Assembly (NCBI GenBank): GCA_030141605.1
Contig: JAQGDQ010000424.1
Coordinates: 62,001 to 126,000 of the forward strand
Source: Tubiluchus corallicola
Lineage: Eukaryota > Animalia > Priapulida
DNA length: 64,000 nt
Direction: 5' to 3'
Both the position numbers and the translations under genes were made by a program. The notes below the pieces were generated by a model, which was not told the DNA's origin, did no database searches, and saw only the letters and a list, made by a program, of their open reading frames with translations. Every line of letters begins with the position of its first letter. Positions within the stretch are counted from its first letter, which is position 1. This document shows positions 39,301 to 51,300 of the stretch, one piece after another.

Positions 39301-42300
39301 ATAAAATTCCCCAAGACGAATTTTTTAAGCTTTATGTAAGTGGAGGGTTTTCTTGTGTTTTAATATTGCTAAATTAATCACCTGCGAATGATTCTTGCAT
39401 TACTTGGCTCGGAATTAATTACAAAATAATCCATTTAATTGGTTATGCCGGACTGGCTGATGACCAATTATAAATGAATTAAGATTTGCTAATGCTGTCA
39501 TAAAAAATGTGCTAAACTGGAATAATATTCAAAGCAAGCAGCCTACAGAGTTGAATTTTCACAGCGTAGTATTACAGTACGTTATCTGTGAATGTTACAT
39601 GTTTGTAGCCTTAGTTGGTGTTGAGTTTTGGCTGAAAAGCTTTTGCGTGTTAAAAATTTAAAAGCCGGAACAATGTCAGCTTATGATGAACAGCTACGTT
39701 TATATCTGAAACACTCAACAGATGGCAGCAGAAAAATAAAAGAAGCAACCAGTTTACATCATTGTCGTCACCACTGAAAGTAAAGCATCGATAAAGATTT
39801 GTTGCCAGTATAAAAACGGGACGTTGTCCTGTGGAGTACAGTTTTTGGAATTCCCTTAAAGAGAAAGTGTACAATGACCACACAGTCATTTGACACAGAG
39901 GCACTAATAAAAGCAAAGATTGTCGAATTCTATGACCTATTACCCATTAAAAGAAGTAGATGCTGTATTAACGGGGGGATAAGTAACTCATTTCGTCTAG
40001 AAGAAGTGCTTTCGTCCATCTTGCAGTGATTTAGTTTCTAACTTGCTGATTTAAGACCTCTGTATCTTTGGAGATATCTAACAGAATAAGTAAAATTTTT
40101 GGTATTTATATCTAAACGAATGTAACATCAGTGTAATAATTTTCAAGCGATTCCATGATTTTTCTTTACTCTCATATCTCGGTTTGTCGGACAAAAGTGG
40201 GGAGACTTTGTTCCGAATTTGCCGATTGTCCGTATTTACCGATACTAAACTAATACAATAGGCGCCGTGTATTAGACTCACAGTAATATAGAATCAATCA
40301 CCTAATTGTTTCAAAAACGCCTGATACGGACCGCTCCTATGCAAAAGTATATAAAAACTGTCGGCAATTGTCTCAAATAACTCCACATAATTGACTCTAT
40401 GGTTTTATACGTAGAGATATACAGTTATACACGTGGTTACACTGAGTTACGCGATGTAAACAAAGTGACAGCCTGCCAACTAGCGGTCAACTTGTGAAAC
40501 AATGGACTGTGTCTGGTAATAACGTGTAAGGATGTTTTAATGATCCAGATTTTGACCGATTCTTCCGTTATCCGTAAAAGCGAGATCCGGAAAACCGAGA
40601 TATGAGTGTATATAATATCGTGATGATGTTTTTTGCTGCATAACTAGATTATATGATCTAATGGCAATGAACGTTATTTTGATTCCTTCCAAGTTTTTCA
40701 CATTTTCCAGCTGTTAATCAAGTTTCATTGCAAGAATTAAGCAATTGTGGGTTTATTTCATTATTCCGTACGTCAACGTATGCATTGCCCTTTCAAATTC
40801 CTATTCTATCGTCTGCTCCCATATTAATCTTACTTCTTTGAATAATTCAACTTTTGTTATTTCCATCCTTCACACGGTGAGTCTTTAGGTGGGACCACGG
40901 TTAACATTTTAGCTCTTGTATTTCAGCGAGAATGCGGCATTCCTCAAGGAGGTCATCGACTCGGTCCTTGACGGTCAGGGCGTCGGTTGGCTCAAGATGA
41001 ACAGAGTGAAGAAGCTGATGGAGGACGAAAGTTTTCGCAATCTCGTCTGCAGCCGGTTAAATCGTAACCTGGCCCTCGATAAAAAGCTCGGGGAAGACGA
41101 TTTCATCGAATGTGTGGTGAGTTGAGTTATGTAACAAGTAATCGATTTCATTGAATGTGTGGTGAGTTGAGTAATGTAACAGGTAAACGATTTCATTGAA
41201 TGTGTGGTGAGTTGAGTAATGTAACAAGTAAACGATTTCATTGAATGTGTGGTGAGTTGAGTAAAGTAACAAGTAAACGATTTCATTGAATGTGTGGTGA
41301 GTTGAGTAAAGTAACAAGTAAACGATTTCATTGAATGTGTGGTGAGTTGAGTAATGTAACAAGTAATCAATTTCATTGAATGTGTAGTGAGTTGAGTAAT
41401 ATAACAAGTAATCAATTTCATTGAATGTGTGGTAAGTTGAGTAATATAACAAGTGAACGATTTCATTGAATGTGTGGTGAGTTGAGTAATGTAACAAGTA
41501 AACGATTTCATTGAATGTGTAGTGAGTTGAGTAATGTAACAAGTAAACGATTTCATTGAATGTGTGGTGAGTTGAGTAAAGTAACAAGTAAACGATTTCA
41601 TTGAATGTGTGGTGAGTTGAGTAAAGTAACAAGTAAACGATTTCATTGAATGTGTGGTGAGTTGAGTAATGTAACAAGTAAACGATTTCATTGAATGTGT
41701 GGTGAGTTGAGTAATGTAACAAGTAAATGATTTCATTGAATGTGTGGTGAGTTGAGTAATGTAACAAGTAATCGATTTCTTTGAATGTGTGGTGAGTTGA
41801 GTAATGTAACAAGTAAACGATTTCATTGAATGTGTGGTGAGTTGAGTAATGTAACAAGTAAACGATTTCATTGAATGTGTGGTGAGTTGAGTAATGTAAC
41901 AAGTAATCGATTTCATTGAATGTGTGGTGAGTTGAGTAATGTAACAAGTAACCAATTTCATTGAATGTGTGGCGAGTTACTGTACATTAAACACAAATAA
42001 AACTTTCTCACCTATTAATACCAGCATCTTTATTGTACTGTTGATTTTGCTGTTTGTCATTCAAACAAGATTTCCTGCCTAGGAAGATTGTGCATTGTTC
42101 AGTACTTTTTCTATATTGACTATATTCTCTCCCGTTAAATTAGCAACATGATGCTCCATTATAACGTGATTGTTCAGTTTCCGAAACTGAAAAATATCCA
42201 GATCGTTCACATTTAACAAAACGCTCAAATATCTAAATCCGAGATGGTCCTAGCATCACTACATACAGTTTTACGTAGATATCGTATCATTTGTATTGTA

Positions 42301-45300
42301 TTTTCCGTGAGTACGCCACGGCAAGCCGAACATTCTTTGTATGCCTATATTCCAGGCTACACACAAACGATCAGTAGTTTTAGTATCTAGTCGTTATGAC
42401 TGGCATCCATAATACGATGAGCAATATGTTCTGTATATTTTTTGTCAATTAGTATGTTGAATTGTATGTTAATGTGGTAAATGTAAGTAAATTCTTCGTG
42501 TTTTTATAACCCTCATTCTCTTCCATTAGTTTCAAGGTGAAGTGTGTGATTATAATGTAGCTTTCCGCTAATCGAACGTAAGATGGTTGTACGAAAGATT
42601 TTTTCACTTACTGTACCTCTTAAAATACGATCGTCACTAAGCAACCGAATGATACGTCTCAAACAGACTGACTTTTTAATTTGGCGTATACATTCTTTCT
42701 TGTCTCGATGGTTAAGTCATTTTTTCGTTTTCCATGCATAGTTTTTAATGAGGCACAAACGTGGGATGAACTTTGTAATCACTTGGTCAGGTAGTGAGTC
42801 AGTCAGTTGGTAGTTTATTTTGTCTTACAGCCTGTCAGTAAAGGAGTTTGGAAGGGGATGTTGCAGATGATGAAGGTTTGCACAGCGGGGCTTGAAATAA
42901 CCTATGCAAACTTTGGTGTTGGAGGCATGGCTTCGGCCTTTCAGGTAAGTACTGTTCTTCATGCATTTCTTACTCATCTTTATGTGCAGATTGTCTTCGA
43001 CGTACGACCACAATAGCTTCCGGAGGTTGGTCGTAAGCAGGATTCAATTTCCACCTAATGAGAAATTTTTGCGTCAGTTTATCAATTCTTAACATTAGTG
43101 AAATTAAAATACCATTAATCAGTAACATAATGATGTCTTACTTGCGATGAATTGTTTAGGATAGCTACGAATATTTTGTTTTCTATTTTAGCGTTACAAC
43201 AATGTTGTCGTAAACGTATTTCCGATAGCTCAATTATTGTGTATAAAGTGTATTATTGTATATATATTATTATGTATATTATTGTATATAATATATTGTA
43301 TATTATATAAATTTAAAATTAGACTTATTCTACCGTAAGGCTAATTATGAAGTGTTCTGTACATAGTAAGAACTTAGTCTTCCGTAGTTTAATTATATAA
43401 CGAATGACTTTAAAGCTAAGTGATATTGTCTCCATCTCATTAACTACGTGATCGCTTAATACATTTAATGTTATAAAAGTGTAGGCAGGGGATAGTTCCC
43501 TGTGAAACGCCTGTCTGATTCATAAAATACTAGGTGCTGGGTTGGCCCAGATATATTACATAGAGGTTATCTTTATAACGTCCTGTATAGTACATATATA
43601 TATATACAGTGTTCCGTATACAGTATACAGTGTTCCGTATACAGTATAGTACATATATATATATATACAGGGTTCCCTCGCTACTTCGCGGTGCGTTTAT
43701 CGCGGACTCGCTGTTTTGCGGGTTTTCAAAAATATTAATTTAAAATATTTATCGCAGTAATTTCGCTGTTTCGCAGGTTTTTGCGGTACCCCGTCTAAAG
43801 TATTTTTGCACATGCGTAGTACGTATTGTACAGTAATGTATAGATTTGATGAATTTTGCATAAAAAAATCAGAAAATGTAGAAAGATATATTAAAAATAT
43901 ATTAATTCTAACATTAAAAGAATATTATAAATCATAAAGAATTACCATTTACAGTAAATAGTGTGTTTATTCGGCGGATGAATACACACCAAAAACGAAA
44001 TGTAGTACTTACACCCGCTTGAGATGCTACTTGCCGACGTGAGATTGTACACAATTATGAACATTTAAATAAAGTTTTTTAAAAGGTACATGTACAGTAA
44101 GGGAAAAGCTTCCACAATGGTTCTTCATAGGGCTGTATTTCACAATTGGTTTATTGAAAGCTTTCGCATCAACGTGCTGCAATATCAGATTTCCATTTAT
44201 ATGATGAAAAAGTTTTTAAAAAAGACGAAATAAAGATGTTCTTTCTTCATCCAGCGGTTTCTGTGGTTCACATTCAAATAGGTTTTATTTACCTAGGTGC
44301 TAGAAATTCTTCATACTCACTATTGGCAGAAAGATGCGTTTCCGGGGACGCCGAGTAGCAGTGGCAGCAGCGGTGCTCTTCGTCCTGAGCCTAGTTTATC
44401 CCAGGTGAGTTTTCTGAATGCAATATTTTCCATGTTTGCGATGGGCATCGAGTTTTTTTTTTAATTCGAGTTCGATTCAAACCTAAAATATGGATTCGAG
44501 TAAGTCACCAGTTCAACTACATACGTTCTTTATCGTTAAAATGATTGAAACAGCATGCAATCAGCATAATTTAACGTGATTTCTGCGCACAATTTATAAG
44601 CAAATTAGTGGTTTTTCTACTGCACAATGAAATTAAGCAATATGCATGATCTTTGCGAGACTGCCTTTTATTAGTGATTCGAAAATTATGCGAAAATCTT
44701 TAAAACTTAATTAAATTTCGATTCGGACTTGAAATATTGAAATTTGGTTTGATTCGAGTTGTATGTCAAAAATTCGAATTGAACTGAATTCTGTTTCTGA
44801 TAGGGAATCCTGAACCCTATCAAGCATGGCTTCTCCAAGGTAAACATTTTTATCTTGGCAGCATTTTGTCGATTGTCGCTTAACGTGACGGCTAGCCACT
44901 AGCCAAGATGGTTCCTCGTATGTTCGCAAACGTTTTCAAACTTATTATTTGAAAAAAAACGATTATTTTCTTGGAAATATGGTAGGACAGTTTCTCGCTT
45001 ATAAAAACCTGGCGTGCAGCCAATCAACTCTGATGGTAAAGTTACGATTTACGGATTTCATTTTTTCTGCAGCTGGTAAAGGCTGTCGTGCACCTATCCT
45101 ATAACTCCTCAAGTTTAATATTGCCTTGTGCTGGTGATTGTGGTACAGAAATGCAATGGAGCACACGGGAGATTTTATTTGTGCATAAAGTAATGTAAAA
45201 AAATTATATGGGTCCAAATACAGTTTGCGTTTTTTAAAAGCTTCTTTAATTGTCAAAAAGGAAAAACCAGTTATGTTGCCTTGACAACCAGTGTAAATCA

Positions 45301-48300
45301 ATCATAGAAAACTAGCTGCAAAATGCATTCTCCGTTATTGTCATCTAATGGCAGTGATCTCATTGTGATCTGAAAAATTTATTTTGCTCACCTGCTGAGA
45401 TATTCTTGCTAAGGTGTTTATTTTTCATTTGATTAAACAGATAAAGTTGGCATACAACTCTTCGTATTGATGTGCCAAATACGGTGTTCCCTCGCGGACT
45501 CGCTGTTTCGCGGGTTTTCAGAAATATTAAATGTAAAATGTTAATCGCGGGTATTTTCGCTGTTTCGCGTGTTTTTGCGGTACTCCGTCAAAATTACGTA
45601 TCTAGGTTTTTAAGAGTTTAGAACATTTTTATGAACATTTATGTAAAGTTTTTTAAAAGGTACATGTACAGTATGGGAAAAGTTATTAACTGAATGGGAA
45701 AGGGTTATGTGTAAGAGTGTGGGGAGGGTTTATAAAAACTTAAAATAATGTATAACTACTAAAATAAGTATAGCGTCCCTACTTCGCGGAAATTCACTTA
45801 TTGCGGGTGGGCCTGGAACGGAACACCCGCGATAAGTGAGGGAACACTGTACTTGCTTTGCAGAATCGTTAGGTAGCTAATTTGAACCAAGCCAAAACTA
45901 CTAGCGAATTTATGAGATTTTTTGAATTTTAAAAAGACTGCTAGCTGTTCAAAATACATTTAAAGTAAAACACCTCGTGATTTAGTTTGCCAAACTCGGT
46001 TCGGTATGTACGTAGAAGTTCCGTCTTGGTTGTGGTGCGCTTAATGAAAAGGCAGAAGGACATCGCCAACTTTAGACTATATGCAACCAAAGTTGCGTTG
46101 ATCTAACGTTATGCGTTATTTTTGCTGCAGTTGTTTTCTCATGATTTTTTGTACACAGCTGTTCCTCACATAGATGACACATAAACAACATTTAGCCCTT
46201 TCACTACTGAAGGTGGCACACTGCCGCCTATGTTTTTGATGCAACGGACAGAAGATGGTAGTCTGCCGCCCGAGCTCAGCACTAAGCACAGTCACCCAGG
46301 TCCGTTTATTTCACTGCTACAGCCATGCAAGACATTGTTAGAAAAGTTTAACAGCCGTGGGATTGGGGTTGCTTCACAACAAGTAACGTTAACCAGCCAA
46401 TCAGCATCTGAAGCCAGGTGCATTCCATAATACTGTACTGTATAGTAGATTTTCATGCAAAATTGTTTGTAGATAGTTGATGAAACGTGTTTAGTCACTT
46501 GTTCTGCATTCTTATAAAATGATTGCATATTATAAATTAGTACAGTGTCTTTTCTAAAAACTGGGTTTTGAATATAAGTACATGCTTATTTATGAGTGTG
46601 TGCATATGTGTGTGTGTGTGCGTGAGTGCATGTGTGTGTGCGTGCTTGAGTGCTCATATGTGTGTGCATGTGTGGAAGTAAAATTAATATTTTATATTAG
46701 TACTCAATAATGGACCACTACTTGTGTATTTACAAGGTTCTCTTTTACTAACACACCACAAGATGTTATTGTCAGATGTGCAAAAGTCATTGTGGCTCAG
46801 TTAAAAAGCAGTTACGTAGTGAAAGGGTTAAGCCTTTAAAAAACGTGTTTGTTTGAAACTGTTAAAAGCAACGTTACCAAGGATTTCCTGTTTTTTTTCT
46901 GCAGTTAAGTTCTATCAGCGCTCCGTCTGACGTTAGCCAAGACAGCCTCTCGGTAGATGCCAAACTTGACACACGGAGCTTAAAGGAGGAGCACATGCTA
47001 TCTGCTTTGGGTAATTGTCACTAGAGATCTCTGCTCGTGGTATACCATCTTGCCTCATTTGCTTTTAATTTTCGTGTCGCGTTGCGGACGGCATTTTAAC
47101 AAAATACAAAAACTTCTTCATTTTGCAAGGAACTTTAGCATTTCTTTCGATTTATTTCTCTTGTTTTGCCTGTGATATTTGGATACACATTTGGAATTCT
47201 CTTGACAAACATTTATAGTATGCAGTGTTATAGCATTTTGTTTTGTATTGAACGTTTCTATTGGTCACTGTGCTGTCAGCGTTTGCATACGGCTGTTTTC
47301 TATTCGTTTAGTTAGTCTTCTATCTATGTACTTTCTGCATTTTTTCACACAGTTTATTGCTTGTTTATCTTAACTAACAAATTTTCGTCGTCGTTATCGT
47401 TGTTTTTGTTTTTTGGCATTTCCCGAAGACTGCTAATTTTTTCGGAGAAATCTTTACCGTTTTTCATTTTTCTTAAGTAATAACTTCAGCAACTTGCGAA
47501 GTGTGTAAATCACACAGGGTGTCTCAAAAGTCACTATACACTTTGCCGCATGTAGAAATTAGTCTCCGTGATCACGCATTGTTCCTGTGTGACACAACAG
47601 TCATAAGCTTGTGGTTTTTTTAGTAGAACCTGGAGCGCTTTCTGATCTCATTGAGGTAAATCTTCACAAGCCACTCTTCCTATCCTTTTGAACATTCTTT
47701 TACTCGTCACTGCTATGCTGTTTTGCACAAGTTTTTCCCTTTTAAATTGCCTAAAACCCTGGGTTTTTTTCTTTTTTCAATTATCATTTGGATGTTTTTA
47801 CAACAGTGCAAGCGCCTGAGAAGTTTTTACTTCTAGTTCTTGCCATCAGTGGTGCATACATGATTTCATATGTGTGCTTGGTTAGTAAAATCGTCCATAA
47901 GAAGCTAAGCTTTTCTATTTATTCACATATCCTGAATCTCCATTTCATGATGATCATTTTGATACCAAGTTCATTGTTGTACGTTATTTCTAAGCTGAGA
48001 TAATCTACGTTGAAGTTGAGGTGCAGGCTGCACACTGAGAAACATAATCTTGAGAAAATCACTGTTAAAGTCAGCCATTGTTTTTTGTTGCATTTCTGCG
48101 AAACACTTAGCAACCGCACAAATGTTGGTTGCTTTGGACTTTGCAAAAACACATTGAAGTTATGTTTAAATCCAGTAGATGGCTCTTCTTGACGAAGAAT
48201 TGGGCTTGGCAACAGAGAAAACCAGAAGCAAAATGACTGCTTCCACGAGCTACAATCGGAGTTTGAAAATACAAGTTTTTTGCAGTTGCAGTAATAGTTT

Positions 48301-51300
48301 CTAGGCAGAAAAGTGGATACTGGGTTGTAAAATTAGATTTTTAGTATTTTCGAACACTTTCTTGATAATTTGGTGCTCGAATGTAAAAGTCCTATATATT
48401 TAGCATTTGTTTTTATAAAAAACAAAAAACTGGCATTTGACCAAATTTTTGGGTCATTCTACTTTGAAGCATCATAACGTAGTTTTAACTTTGCCCACAC
48501 ATGAACGGTTTTGGTTTGCAAGCACACATGTCGTAATCATTAATGTTAAACTGTATATTTTGACATTGTTTCCTAGCCTATATAACCGTGTTTCCAAATA
48601 AATAAATGACTGCTACTTCATTGATTTCTAATTTTCTTTTTGAATTTTGCTTCGATCTCAGCAAGCTCTTACATGAATCAAAAGGGGCCTTTATCAATTC
48701 TTCTTGTTTATTTTTTGACTGGAAACACACTGCTGACAGTAACGCTAGAAGTGATACACAAAATCAGTCTGGCATGAGGCCTTTTGATCAGCTCAAGTTT
48801 GGTGGAAATTCAGAGCATCATGTAAACCGTTGTAACTAAATTTTGTAAAAACTATATTTAGTCTAGGTTAGCAGTAAGACATTTCAACCCTACCTGTTTA
48901 ACGGAAATTCCCCATTTTAATGACAACCTCCCTTTCTTCACATTTTAAAGTATTTCTCCTCATTTTTTACACGTTATTTCAATGCAAAAATGGCACAAAA
49001 TGCGACCACGTGAGGATAGAGCATCCATCTAGGTTTTCCGAAGTGTCTAAAAATGTAGGGAGTGAAATATTTCAAGCTTTTTCCTCTGAATCCTCATTTG
49101 CACATTCGAAAAAATGCCACAGAGGTTTTCCGAAGTGTCTAAAAATGTAGGAAGTGAAATATTTCAAGCTTTTTCCTCTGAATCCTCATTTGCACATTCG
49201 GGAAAATGCCACAACGGTTTTCCCAAGTGTCCAAAAATGCTATTTTAATGAGCTAAAAAAATGTTGTCTGGAAGTTTCTTAGTTTTCCGTCAAGGTGCAA
49301 CGTTCCTTCACAACTCATGTGGCGCGAGTACTCAGACTTTCTCAATGTAAGATACCCAACTTGCTATTGAATTCGTTTCTGAAGTACTTTCCCTGAAGGA
49401 GGTATTGAAAATAGCAAATCTCTTACTGCAGTAGTTCTTTTCAGATTTTGATCTAATTTTACTAAAAGAATTATCCAAGGTATTACAATAAGTCCTCGCT
49501 TAACGTCGCTAATGCATTCCAGTAAAACGCGATGTTAAGTGAAACGTCGTTAAACGAAACCAAAATTTCCAAAGAAAGTAATGTAAAAGAATTGAGATAC
49601 GTTCCGGAGGCAAAAATCAATGCTGTTTAAATCATATAAATTAAACGTTCTATGAGTTTCTTTATGTGTTCTAGTCATCAATTTCTTTCTGCTTGCTTAA
49701 AAGGGGTCAAATGTTCAACGTCGTTAAAACGAAACTTCTCTGAACGATGAGTTGTTAAGTGAGGACTTACTGTACTTCATTTGTACCCGTTTTCAAACAT
49801 TTTGTTGTGATTGTTAAAAAAAGTTCTAGAACATGTAAAATGTATAATGGCTTTTGAGACACCCTGTATTTTAGCGCCCCATCTAGATGATTAAGATTTT
49901 GGAAAGACAGGTCGCTTATTTACATTGTTACTTATTTGCCAAGGTCTGCCGATGCCTGACCGCGAAGTCGTCAAACAGAATCTCTCATTGGCTAAAGACG
50001 TCTTCACGGACAGTGCAAAGGACATCGGCCGAAACCTCCCGGAGAAAGTCGATGCTTTTAGCCGCAACTTGCCACAAAAGGTTGACGCGTTTGGCCGGAA
50101 CATTCCGCAAAGAGTCGACTCCTTCAGTCGTAACTTTCCGCAAACGATGGATTCGTTTTCGAAGACAATGACCCAAAAAACGGGGCAGCTAAGCCGGAAG
50201 TTTCCAGGCAAAATTGACGTTTTAGGTCGTACTTTGTCCGAAAAATCGCAAAATCTGGGCCGCAAAATGCAGACTGTGCTATCTGCATTAGATGAAACCC
50301 CATTCAGTCCCACCCAAAAAAGTTTTGGTGCTGAATATGGAGCGTCGGGCGTGGCTGAATGGGCTGACCAAAGTGCCTCATCTCTCAATGTTGATGCTGA
50401 TGTAGATAGAGATAGTGTTTATAGCAATACTAGTGCTGATATCGAATACATTGGCAATAAAGACCTTAATAAAACCGAACAAACTCGAACTGACGAAAGT
50501 GGGTACATATCTGGCAGCACGACAGTTGAACAATTGCCACCAGCAGGTGGCAGCGATGTAGTTGCCGGTAATGACGACGGTAGCGAAAGTCCGGTGTCGA
50601 ATGGCTCAGACAGCTCTGACAGCGAGTACGGCCCGGAGGCGACATACGGTTATGAGAGGGGCCAAGGAGAGACAGCGACATACGAATCAGACGATGTGTT
50701 TGATATGCCCTCGGATGCAACGTTTAAGATGTCATCAAGACAACAGACAGATGCTGCACCGCAGTCCGAGTGTTTGCAAAGGCAACTCGTGAATGCAAAG
50801 ATCTTTCCAAAAGAATCTGCAGATGAGGCACCTTGTGTTGAAGCCATGTCAGAGCAACCTTCAGACACGGCACCCTTTTCCGAAGCACTGCCAAAACGAT
50901 CCGCGGACGCCGTGCCTCAGACGGAAGCGTTGTCAAGGCAACCGGCCGAACCTCCGGAACCAGTCAGGGGTATGTCAATTTCTCTGCAGTAGTGTATTGT
51001 GAAGTAGCTAGTTGCATCGCATACCCTGCACTGTTCGGAGTGCCACCTAGCTAGCTACGCACCAGCACGCCGGAATCACCGCCGAGCACACTGTAGATGA
51101 CTCGTGTTGGCGGCTCCCTGTTTGCAGCATCTTGTTGCTTTGTTGTCATCTGCACGGTTTTGTTAATTTGCTTCTTCCTAGTCCGAGAATCCTAGATGAG
51201 AAGCCAGTAAATTATACATTGTATTTAGCGAAAGAAGCCGTTTAGAAACCATTTTCATTTACGTAGCTTGTCGTTTTTGTTGAATTTTCAAAGTTCTTGA

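Larger units (their letters stand above)
47515..49866. mobile_element. Tc1/mariner-type element, 2.35 kb, carrying nested insertions
   Basis: 26-bp TIR cagggtgtctcaaaagtcactataca / tgtataatggcttttgagacaccctg; flanks CA and TA; no intact transposase seen. Confidence 0.8.

Noticed and set aside
40975-41961. 328-aa and 296-aa minus-strand ORFs
   Set aside because: By-products of the 45-bp repeat running into the antisense of exon K; no independent gene evidence.
49925-50992. 355-aa ORF as a standalone nested gene
   Set aside because: It starts at a TTG in the pyrimidine tract and has splice sites in phase with flanking MADD exons, so an exon is the simpler reading.
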